15,126 nucleotides of DNA from Candidatus Sericytochromatia bacterium (GCA_035285125.1 JAYKHR010000015.1:1-15126); one strand, 5' to 3'; shown: positions 6,760 to 15,019, counted from the first letter of the stretch. Numbers and translations: made by a program. Notes: generated by a model not told the origin, from the letters alone.

Positions 6760-9700
6760 TCAGGGCAGGTCGAGCTGGCGCACGCGGCCATAGGTGTAGA
6801 TGCCTTGAGGTGCCGAGTGCTCCGCCAAGTACAGCGCCTTGCCGTCGGGGGCGATCGCCATCCCCGACACGGCCGCGATGCGCCCGTTGGTGGGCGTGGT
6901 GGCGTCGTCCGTGGCGCACTGGAAGCTGGCGTCGCTGTCCCCGCCCGCGATCACGTCGGAGGCGGTGCCATCGGTCTTCACCCGGTAGATGGTGCTGGCG
7001 TAAGCGCCACCCTGCGGCCCCCTGGTGCGGGAGACATAGACCCAGTCGCCGTGGACCTCGAGGTGGCTGGGCTGGTCATCCGGGTTGGGGATGGTCGCGA
7101 GGGTGCTGGTGGCTCCCCCCTGCTGCAGCTTCACCACCCGGATCAGGTCCTGGCCGGCGTCCACCTCGGAGGCGTAGTAGGTAGCGGTGTTCGGGTCACG
7201 TGCGAGATCCGTCGCCTCGGCCGGCGTCACGTTGACGGACAGGAAGGTGGTCGCCGTGAGGTCGGCTTGCGCGATCACGAGGCCGTCCACGCCGTCGAGG
7301 TAGGCGAACTCGTTCTTGCCCACGGGGTACAGGGCGCGCGGCGTGCCACTCACCGCCAGGGTGGCGCCGGTGTCGACGTTCACCAGCACCGTGCTGCCAT
7401 CCAGCACCGACGGGCCGTCGACAGCGCCGTAGAACAGCCCCGGCTGCCCACCCCACGCCAGGCGCTCGAACGTCACGTCGGTCCGGATCGCGGCGACGGG
7501 CGCGAAGGCCTTGCCCGTTACCTCGGCGACGCCGCTGAGGCAGCTGACGAAGGCCGAGCCCACCCCGTCGACGGCCACATCGTAGGCGCCCGGCCCGCCC
7601 TGATCCAGCAAGGCGGCCGCCACCCGCGTGCCCGCCGACGGGTCGCTGGCGTTTGCCGTGAACAGGGTGAAGAGCCCGCTGGTGATTGGCGGTGACGGGG
7701 GCGGCGAGGCGAGGCCGCCCCCGTTGCCGCGGCGCCCGCCCGAGCCCCCGCTGCCGGCGTCGCCCCCCAGTTCGGTGCTGAAGGGCACCTGGGCCGCCCC
7801 ATCCCGGCCGTCGGGCAAGGTGCTGGTCGCCTGCGACGCCGTGGTGTCTGCCTTCGGCTCGTAGGTGAGCTTGAGGTAGGCCCCGAGGGCCCTGAAGGCG
7901 TCCTTGAGGGAGCCTGAGACGCCGTTGAGCCGCTGCGTGAAGGTCGTGCCGCTGGCCACCGTGCCGTCGGCGTTGAACAGCGCCGCATCCACGGCGTCGG
8001 CGGTGGCTCGGGCCGGCAGGCCGTTCAGCGTGTCACGCAGGGACTGCAGCGCCGCGTTCACGGCGTTGCGCTGCTCGGCCGTGGCCTGCTCGAACATCGC
8101 GTGGAAGTCGTCGTTGAGCGCATAGCTGAGGCGCCCCGAGTCCAGCAGCACCGTGGCCGTCGTGGTGGTCACGTCCAGCACCACCTCGGGCACGACCGGC
8201 TCCCACAGCACGAGCTTGCGGACGGCATCGTTGCCGGTCTCGGTGAAGAGGATGTTGCCATCGGCGTCGAGGCAGATGCCGGCGGGGCCGTTGAGGCGCG
8301 CCGTGTGGTCGTCGTAGCGGCCGTCCACGAAGCCCGTCGTGCTGGGTTGGCTCCGCATGTTGTTGGCCGCCGAAATGCTCCTCCCGGCGTTGTTCCCCAA
8401 ATCGTCCTGCACGTCGACCGAGGTCCACTTCTTGAGGTCGTTGGCGTGGGCGTCCGTGTAGTAGCCTGTGGTGCCCGACTCCGCGCTGACGCCCTTCCAG
8501 GGCACGGCCCCCGCGGTGGTCTCGCCGTAGCAGTGGGCAGAAAAACGCTGGCCGGCGAGCGTCAGGCTGGTCGGGTCCCAGGCGAATTCCTGGAGCCCCA
8601 TGCAAAGGAAAGCCCCCGTGCCTCTCTCCGGCACGACGGTCACGACCTTGGCGGCGCCACCGGGGTCGGCGGCCACGGCCACGGCCTGGGTGGTCGTCCT
8701 GCTGACCAGCCGGAGGCCATGCGGGTCGATGAGGGCCTGCCCCTGGCCGTCGCCCACGACCCAGACGTGCCCGCCCACCACCGCCACGCCCGTCGGCGCC
8801 AGGCCCTCGGGCAAGGGGGCGGGGGCCACGGTGGCCGTCAGGAGCGAAAGGCCCAGGAGATCCTCGCGGGGCTGACCGGCTGTCGTGGCCTCTGGCACCT
8901 CGTACTTCTTCTTCGCGGGTGGGCGTCGCGGCGGCGGGGCGTAGGGGTTGGTGGCACAGGCCTTGATGACGCCGAAGACGTTGTAGGTCGAGGTGCTGTT
9001 GCACGTGAAGGGGGTCGAGGTGGGCGTGGGCGTCGGGGCGGCGGCCGGGGGCGTGGCCTCAGGCGTCGGCCCGGGCGTGGGCGCGGCGGTGGCGAGCGCC
9101 ACCGTCGTGACCTCCCCGTTGGCGATCGCCTGCACGCGCCCGTTGCCCGTGTCGGCCACGTAGACCGTCGAGCCTGAGGCGTCCAGCGCCAGCCCGCGCG
9201 GGTCGCGGAAGCCCGCCGTGGTGGCGGGGCCGCTGGCGTCCCCGGCCATCCCGGTGCCGGCCAGCGTGGTGACCTCGCCGCGCGCGAGGGTGCGCACGAC
9301 GTGGTTGCCCGTGTCCGCGACGTAGATGGTGCCGTTGGGCGCGACGGCGATGCCCTGCGGGTCCTTGAAGGTGGCCTCGCGGTAGGCCCCGTTTCTCAGC
9401 CCCTCCTGCCCGGTGCCCGCGATTGTCTCGACGCGCACGGGGTCGGCGGGCCTGCGGCCGCCGGCCTGCAGGCGGTAGCCCGCCAGCGGGTCCTTGCCGC
9501 TGGCGCCGCGCAGGGCGCGGCCGTCCGCGCTGACGAGGGTCGTCAGCGTGTGCCGGTCGGTGCGGGCGACCACGCGGTAGACCCGGCCCTGTGGCAGGGG
9601 GCGGAAGGCCATGTGCCAGGTGCCGTCAGGGTAGGTGAAGGGGTCGCCCTCCATCAGCGTGCGGGTCACCGGGTCGAGCGGGCTCGCGCCGATCAGCGTG

Positions 9701-9990
9701 CCCGTGTCGGCGTCGTAAAGCCGTACCTCCGCCCGGGCCAGGGGCTGGCCGCCTGGCAGGACGGCCCTGCCGCGGAGCGTCCAGAGCGTGTCGTCCGCCT
9801 CCGTCGGCCTCCCCGAGTTCGCAGGCGTCAGCGGCTGGGCGGGCGCGCCCGGGGCCAGCGGCGCAACGCCGGGGGCCTGCCCGGGCGGCGGCGGCGGCGG
9901 CCCGAGGGGTGCGACGGTGGTGAAGCACCCGGCCAGGGCGATCGCCAGGGCGAGGGAGAGGGGCAACCGGCGGTGGAACTTGCTGGACAC
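6760..9990 (-). CDS. Large lipoprotein with NHL repeats and beta-propeller-like regions, 1076 aa
   Basis: AGGAGG (10000-9995) precedes in-frame GTG 9990. The N-terminus MSSKFHRRLPLSLALAIALAG-C has a lipobox (Cys22, 9925-9927). NHL repeats include FKDPQGIAVAPNGTIYVADTGNHVVR, FRDPRGLALDASGSTVYVADTGNGRV and LNGPAGICLDADGNILFTETGNDAVR. Pro-, Pro/Thr- and Gly-rich linkers separate the modules. Confidence 0.88.
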   Translation of the reverse strand: MSSKFHRRLPLSLALAIALAGCFTTVAPLGPPPPPPGQAPGVAPLAPGAPAQPLTPANSGRPTEADDTLWTLRGRAVLPGGQPLARAEVRLYDADTGTLIGASPLDPVTRTLMEGDPFTYPDGTWHMAFRPLPQGRVYRVVARTDRHTLTTLVSADGRALRGASGKDPLAGYRLQAGGRRPADPVRVETIAGTGQEGLRNGAYREATFKDPQGIAVAPNGTIYVADTGNHVVRTLARGEVTTLAGTGMAGDASGPATTAGFRDPRGLALDASGSTVYVADTGNGRVQAIANGEVTTVALATAAPTPGPTPEATPPAAAPTPTPTSTPFTCNSTSTYNVFGVIKACATNPYAPPPRRPPAKKKYEVPEATTAGQPREDLLGLSLLTATVAPAPLPEGLAPTGVAVVGGHVWVVGDGQGQALIDPHGLRLVSRTTTQAVAVAADPGGAAKVVTVVPERGTGAFLCMGLQEFAWDPTSLTLAGQRFSAHCYGETTAGAVPWKGVSAESGTTGYYTDAHANDLKKWTSVDVQDDLGNNAGRSISAANNMRSQPSTTGFVDGRYDDHTARLNGPAGICLDADGNILFTETGNDAVRKLVLWEPVVPEVVLDVTTTTATVLLDSGRLSYALNDDFHAMFEQATAEQRNAVNAALQSLRDTLNGLPARATADAVDAALFNADGTVASGTTFTQRLNGVSGSLKDAFRALGAYLKLTYEPKADTTASQATSTLPDGRDGAAQVPFSTELGGDAGSGGSGGRRGNGGGLASPPPSPPITSGLFTLFTANASDPSAGTRVAAALLDQGGPGAYDVAVDGVGSAFVSCLSGVAEVTGKAFAPVAAIRTDVTFERLAWGGQPGLFYGAVDGPSVLDGSTVLVNVDTGATLAVSGTPRALYPVGKNEFAYLDGVDGLVIAQADLTATTFLSVNVTPAEATDLARDPNTATYYASEVDAGQDLIRVVKLQQGGATSTLATIPNPDDQPSHLEVHGDWVYVSRTRGPQGGAYASTIYRVKTDGTASDVIAGGDSDASFQCATDDATTPTNGRIAAVSGMAIAPDGKALYLAEHSAPQGIYTYGRVRQLDLP

Positions 9991-10001
9991 GGGGCCTCCT
10001 G

Positions 10002-13000
10002 TCAACTGTCGGGCGGGGATGAAGCTGCTGGGGCCTGCCAGATCCGGACCTGGTTCCGCCCCCCTCGCTTGGCTTCGTAAAGGGCGGCATCGGCCCGGTC
10101 GAGGACGGCCGCGATGCTGGCGTCGCCGGGGAGCAACGCGGCGACGCCGAGGGAGGCCGTGACGCGCCGGAGCGGGCGGCCCTCGGGATCGCTGAGGGCC
10201 ACGTCCGCGATGGCCCGGCGGATGCGTTCGGCGACCTCGACGGCGCCCTCGAGGTCGGTCTCCGGGCAAAGGCAGACAAACTCCTCGCCGCCGAGCCTGG
10301 CGGGGAGGTCGGCGGTGCGGACGGCCGCCGGCAGGACACGCCCGACGGCCTTGAGGACCTCGTCGCCGAGGGCGTGCCCGTAGGTGTCGTTGAACTGCTT
10401 GAAGTGGTCCACGTCGAGGATCAGCACCGAGAGCGTGCGGCCGTAGCGCCTGGATGCGTCGACCTCGCGGGCGCCAGCGTCGATGAAGCTCCGCCGGTTG
10501 GCGAGCCCGGTGAGGGCGTCCGTGTTCGCGGCGTGGTTGGCCTCGTGGTACATCGCCAGGGCTCGCTCGAGCTCGGTCGCGCGCTCGGCGAGCCGCTCGT
10601 GGAGGCTGGCGTTCTCGATGGCGACGGCGACGTGGCTGGCGATGGCGCCCAGCATGTCGAGGTCGGCCTGCGTGAAGGTGGCGACGACGGCCTGCGAGTC
10701 CACGTAGAGGGCCCCCAGCACGAGGCCCCCGGCGGCGATCGGGACGCACATGACCGTGCGCAGGCCGAGGGCCTGGATGGAGCGGGCGAGGTGCAGCTCA
10801 GCGTCGTCGGTGGCGTCGAGGACGGCGAGCGGCTCGCCAGACGCGACGACGCGCTCGGCGACGGAGCGAGAGTAGCGCTGCCCCGTGAGGTCGTTGCCCT
10901 CGTGGTCGCAGGCCGCGCGGCAGACGATGGCACCACTGCGTTCGCCCGTCGGCGTCCGGGGGGCGAGCAGCAGGAACAGCCTCTCGGCGAGCGTGAGCTC
11001 GAGCGTGAGGGCGGCCGCGGTTCGCAGGACCTCATCGAGCACAAGGGAGCCGTTGAGCTGACGGGCCAGGCTGTTCAGCATCTCCAGCTGGCGGGTGCGC
11101 TGGTTGAGGGTGGCGATCACGTCGCCGTAGCGCTCGGCAAGGCTGTGGATGGCCCGGCCCATGTGCTGGAGGCTGGCGACCGGGTCGTCGGGCTGGTCAG
11201 GCGAGGGAGGGGAGGCGGCGCTGGCCGCTTCCTGCAAGCCGATGAGGCGCCAGATGCCCCGGTGGTGGTCCTCGGGGAGGCCTGCGCCGAGTCGCCGGCC
11301 AATGGCCTCAGCCTCGGCGCGAAGCCTGGGGGCGACGTCCCGCCCCGCCAGGGCGCGGGCGCGACCGGCCAGGGCCTGGGCGCGAAGGATGGGACTGCCC
11401 ACATGATCGGCGAGGGCCTGCATCGCCTGGAAGCAGCGGTCAGCCTCGGGCCTCCCGGCAGCCAGCGCGAGCTGGCCCCGGAGCTGAAGGAGCCTGGCCG
11501 CCAGCGGCCTCATGCCCCGCCGTTCGGCCTCGGCCAGAGCTTGCTCGGCCAGGGTGTCGGCGCGGCGGGCGTCACCTTCAGCGGCCGCAAGCCTGGCGGC
11601 GAGCCAGAGGGCCAGGGTCTGCTCCCCGCCTGCCTCGAGGTCGGCTGCGCCCCGCTCGTGGGCTGCGAGGGCCAGGCGGGCGGCGGGGAGGTCCTCGCGG
11701 TCCAGGGCGGCCCAGGCCCGCAGGCCTGACGCCTCCACGGCGACCAGCGGGGCCTCGTTCGCGGCGGCCTCGACGTCATCGAGGGGCGCCTGCGCAGCCT
11801 CGGGTTGCCCGAGGTGGATCAGCGCCGCCGCCGACCAGAGCTGGATGTGGGCTCTCATGTAGGGCGGCACCCCAGGCACGGCCTCCTGGGCCTCCGCGAC
11901 GAGGGATCGGCCCGCGGCCAGCTCGCCGACCTGCACGGCGGCGAGCCCCTCGCTGGCCTGAGCCAGCGGCAGCATGGTGCGGTGCCCGGCGGCTCGCCCC
12001 TGCCGGACGGCCTCGCTGCTCGCCGCCCTGGCCTCCTCCAGCCGGCCCTGGTGCATCAAGGCGGCCGCCAGGTTGATGTAGGAGGACATCGCCAGCCGCC
12101 TGCCAAGCAGCCCCGTCACCTCGATCTCGTGTCGAGCCGACTGCTCGGCTTCCTGGAAGCTGCCCGCCCGGAGCTGAAGGTCCGTCAACCGGTTCAGCGC
12201 GTTCCAGAGGCCCGTCAGCGTGAGCGAGGAGGGCGCCAGGTGCTGCAGGGTTTCCACGGCGCGCCGGACCAGCGCGATGCCCTCCGCAAGCGGCACCAGG
12301 CGGTGGCAGACCAGCGCGTGTCCCTGGATGGACAGGGCGTCCCCCAGGAACTGGGGGTGCTCGTTGGCGGCAGGGTGCTCGATGACGCGGCCGATCACGG
12401 CGACGGCCTCGCCGGACTGGCCCGCCATCTGCAACGCCATGCCGAGCCTGATGCCAGCCTGCATCGCGGCGCGACCGAGGCCGAGCTCGTCGGCCAGCTT
12501 CAGCGCGCCCCGGAGGGCCGCCATCGCCTCTGGCAGGCTCTCCGTGCCGAGGTGTTGCAGCAGCGCCCGCCCCTTCACGGACAGCAAGGCCTGGAGCCGC
12601 ACCGGGTCGTCCAGCGCGTACGCGAGGGCCCCCGCCGCGGCCAGGTGGCGCTCCGCCTCCCCTGGGGCCTGGGCCGTGATGAGGGTCTGCACGAGCCCGA
12701 GGTGGTGGTCCAGCCGCAGCGCCTCGCGCTGGCTGGAGGTCATCGGGAGGGCCTCGAGGGCCTCCAGAGCCGCCTCGTGCAGGGCCTTGGCGGTGTCGGG
12801 GGCGCAGGCCGCGGCGTTGGCCGCCGCCGCCCGCAGCGCCAGCTCGGCGCCCAGGCCCGGGTGGTCGCTGTCCAGCGCATGCCATGCCGCCCGCGTCAGG
12901 AGGCCTGCGTCAGGCTTCAGCTCGAGCTCCGGGAGCAAGGCCTCCACCAGCCGGGTCCGCCAGCGCCGGGCCTCCGCCGCTGGCGTGACGGCGAGCAGCC

Positions 13001-14828
13001 GCGGTCGGAGCTCGGGCGCGGCCAGGTCGAGGCCGACCCCGACGCGCCGCACGAGCCGGGCCCCCTGCAGGGCCTCCACGTCGCCGAGCACCTCGTCCTC
13101 GCTCCGCTCCAGGACCTGCGCCAGCACCGGCGTGGCGGCATCGGGTTGCGCCAGCGCGACGGCCCTGAGCAGCGCGTGGCGGGCCGGGGAAAGCCCTGCG
13201 AGCTGGACCTCCCAGTGAGCCTCCAGGCTCGCTGGGGCCCAGGTGGGGTCCAGGCCCTCGGGGACCTCCCAGCGACCGTCGGCGCGACGCACCACGCCAG
13301 CGGCCACGAGCTGGGCCAGCGAGGCCTCCAGCCAGCGCGGGGAGCCACTGGTCAGCTTGTGGAGGGCCTCGGCGAACCCCACCGGCACCTCGGTGCGCCC
13401 CAGCATCGCGGCCACCACGGTTGCAGCCTCCCACCGCGTCAGCCCTCCCAGCACCTCGGCCTGTTCACCGGGCCCGCCCAGGTCGTCGCGGGCGGCCAGC
13501 ACCCACCCCACCTGCGCCCGGGAGACCTCCTCCAGCAGGTGATCGAGGGCGGCTCGCGACTGGGCATCGCACGCGCCGTCGTCGACGATCACGATGGCAG
13601 GGCCGAGGGCCTCTCCCAGCGCCCGCATCAGCCTTGCCAGGGCGGCGTGGAGCGCGCGCGGGTTGGGCTCGTCGCCGGCCGTGGCCGTGTTCCACTCGGG
13701 CACGACCGCACCCAGCAACCCGCCGTGGGCCTGCCAGACCCCCTGGTGGGCGGCGGGCGTCTGCTCGTGGAACCCTCGCAGCACCGCCGCCAGCACCTCG
13801 AATGGCGCTCCCGTGCGAGGCGCCGCCGTCACCACGGGCACGCCGCGGAGCCGGAGCTGGATCCGCCACTCCTCCAGCAGGCGGGTCTTGCCGATGCCTG
13901 GCGGGCCCACCACCCTGGCGAGGAAGCCCGCCTGGGAGGCCTGAAGGTGCTCCAGCCTGGCCTCGAGCGCCTCGAGCTCCCTGCGACGCCCCACGAACGG
14001 GGGCGCCAGCACGCTGATGTCGTCGAGCCCGTCGACGTCCGCGCCGAGGGCCTCCAGCACGGCACTGGCGGACGCGAAGCGGTCCTGAGGATCCTTGGCG
14101 AGCAGGCGCATCACGACGGCTGCCAGGCCCGGGTCGACCCCGGGCACGCGCAGGCGAACGTCGACGGGCGGCTGCGACAGCTGGGCGCGCAAGACCTCCA
14201 GCGCAGAGCCCGCGCCGGCGAAGGGCGGGGCGCCGACCAGCGCGTGGTAGGCGACGGCGCCGAGGGCATAGAGGTCGGTGCGGGCGTCGAGGCGGGCCTG
14301 TCGCGCCACCTCGGGGGCGAGGTAGGCCAGCGTGCCCTGGACCGCCCCCCCGGAGGAGCCGGCGGGCAGCATCAGCCCGAAGTCCATCAGCTTCACGTCG
14401 CCGGCTGGCGTCACCCGGACGTTGTCGGGCTTCACGTCGCCGTGCAGCAACCCCTGCTGATGAAGGTGCCCGAGCACCCGACAGAGCGCCACGAGCACCT
14501 GCGGCACGCGCTCGGGCGCGAGCGGCAGCAGCCCCGAGAGGTCCGTGCCGGGGACGTGCTCCATCACCAGGCCGGGCAGGCCATCGGGCATGGTGATGAG
14601 GTCGTGGACGGCAGGCAGCAGGGGGTGCCGCAGGCGCGCCAGGCCGCGGAACTCCTGCCGCAGGCGGGTGGCGGCTGCCGCCCGGTCCGGGCAGTCGGGC
14701 CGCACGCACTTGAGCGCGCGCTCGGCCTGGGCCTCGCGGTCCCAGACCAGGCACACGTCGGCGGTGCTCCCTGAGCCCAGCGTGTCTCGAAGCTCGAACC
14801 GGTCCGTGCCGGTGAAGGCGCTCGTCAT
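10002..14828 (-). CDS. Multidomain signalling protein: Hanks-type Ser/Thr kinase, STAND/AAA ATPase, TPR-like helical region, GAF and GGDEF diguanylate cyclase, 1608 aa
   Basis: Kinase: GSGSTADV, ALK, HGDVKPDN, DFG, GTLAYLAPE, DLYALG. ATPase: FVGRRREL and GPPGIGKT (13884-13907). GAF: VMCVPI..LGALYVD..FTQADLDML. GGDEF: TDALTGLANRR, DVDHFKQFNDTYGH and RTADLPARLGGEEF (10278-10319). GGAG (14840-14837) lies 8 nt before the ATG. Confidence 0.95.
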   Translation of the reverse strand: MTSAFTGTDRFELRDTLGSGSTADVCLVWDREAQAERALKCVRPDCPDRAAAATRLRQEFRGLARLRHPLLPAVHDLITMPDGLPGLVMEHVPGTDLSGLLPLAPERVPQVLVALCRVLGHLHQQGLLHGDVKPDNVRVTPAGDVKLMDFGLMLPAGSSGGAVQGTLAYLAPEVARQARLDARTDLYALGAVAYHALVGAPPFAGAGSALEVLRAQLSQPPVDVRLRVPGVDPGLAAVVMRLLAKDPQDRFASASAVLEALGADVDGLDDISVLAPPFVGRRRELEALEARLEHLQASQAGFLARVVGPPGIGKTRLLEEWRIQLRLRGVPVVTAAPRTGAPFEVLAAVLRGFHEQTPAAHQGVWQAHGGLLGAVVPEWNTATAGDEPNPRALHAALARLMRALGEALGPAIVIVDDGACDAQSRAALDHLLEEVSRAQVGWVLAARDDLGGPGEQAEVLGGLTRWEAATVVAAMLGRTEVPVGFAEALHKLTSGSPRWLEASLAQLVAAGVVRRADGRWEVPEGLDPTWAPASLEAHWEVQLAGLSPARHALLRAVALAQPDAATPVLAQVLERSEDEVLGDVEALQGARLVRRVGVGLDLAAPELRPRLLAVTPAAEARRWRTRLVEALLPELELKPDAGLLTRAAWHALDSDHPGLGAELALRAAAANAAACAPDTAKALHEAALEALEALPMTSSQREALRLDHHLGLVQTLITAQAPGEAERHLAAAGALAYALDDPVRLQALLSVKGRALLQHLGTESLPEAMAALRGALKLADELGLGRAAMQAGIRLGMALQMAGQSGEAVAVIGRVIEHPAANEHPQFLGDALSIQGHALVCHRLVPLAEGIALVRRAVETLQHLAPSSLTLTGLWNALNRLTDLQLRAGSFQEAEQSARHEIEVTGLLGRRLAMSSYINLAAALMHQGRLEEARAASSEAVRQGRAAGHRTMLPLAQASEGLAAVQVGELAAGRSLVAEAQEAVPGVPPYMRAHIQLWSAAALIHLGQPEAAQAPLDDVEAAANEAPLVAVEASGLRAWAALDREDLPAARLALAAHERGAADLEAGGEQTLALWLAARLAAAEGDARRADTLAEQALAEAERRGMRPLAARLLQLRGQLALAAGRPEADRCFQAMQALADHVGSPILRAQALAGRARALAGRDVAPRLRAEAEAIGRRLGAGLPEDHHRGIWRLIGLQEAASAASPPSPDQPDDPVASLQHMGRAIHSLAERYGDVIATLNQRTRQLEMLNSLARQLNGSLVLDEVLRTAAALTLELTLAERLFLLLAPRTPTGERSGAIVCRAACDHEGNDLTGQRYSRSVAERVVASGEPLAVLDATDDAELHLARSIQALGLRTVMCVPIAAGGLVLGALYVDSQAVVATFTQADLDMLGAIASHVAVAIENASLHERLAERATELERALAMYHEANHAANTDALTGLANRRSFIDAGAREVDASRRYGRTLSVLILDVDHFKQFNDTYGHALGDEVLKAVGRVLPAAVRTADLPARLGGEEFVCLCPETDLEGAVEVAERIRRAIADVALSDPEGRPLRRVTASLGVAALLPGDASIAAVLDRADAALYEAKRGGRNQVRIWQAPAASSPPDS

Positions 14829-14902
14829 CTACCCCACTCCTGTGTGTCCCCGTGCTTGTACCCACCTGACACCTGGGTGCAGCCTCCCCTGCATGACAAG
14901 CA

Positions 14903-14937
14903 GGCCTGGGCAGACGGCCGCCGCCTGGCCTGGGCAG
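14903..14937. repeat. 11-bp direct repeat in the divergent intergenic region
   Basis: GGCCTGGGCAG at 14903-14913 and 14927-14937. Confidence 0.6.
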
Positions 14938-14979
14938 CGGTCGCTGGCGGCCCCGTCAGCCCCTCGCGCGCGTCGAACC

Positions 14980-14990
14980 TGCTAGCATGG
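14980..14990 (+). promoter_or_regulatory. Possible extended -10 promoter for leuS
   Basis: TGCTAGCATGG (TGn plus TAGCAT at 14983-14988), about 30 nt upstream of the ATG. Confidence 0.5.
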
Positions 14991-15019
14991 GACGTCGCAG
15001 CCCCTGTCGGAGAACCCCC

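Noticed and set aside
9010..9090. Repetitive GC-rich DNA as a CRISPR or tandem repeat array
   Set aside because: It encodes the Pro/Thr linker of the lipoprotein and has no constant repeat-spacer structure.
9991..10749. 253-aa N-terminal extension of the lipoprotein ORF in the track (6760..10749)
   Set aside because: It overlaps the GGDEF gene in another frame and is Arg/Pro/Gly-rich off-frame sequence. The SD, GTG 9990 and lipobox define a much better start.
11805..14774. 989-aa plus-strand ORF antisense to the kinase gene
   Set aside because: It is a codon-aligned antisense shadow typical of high-GC genes, with no recognisable motifs.
14829..15019. T-box riboswitch upstream of leuS
   Set aside because: No T-box consensus or terminator/antiterminator is visible, and the likely -10 is only about 30 nt from the start codon.
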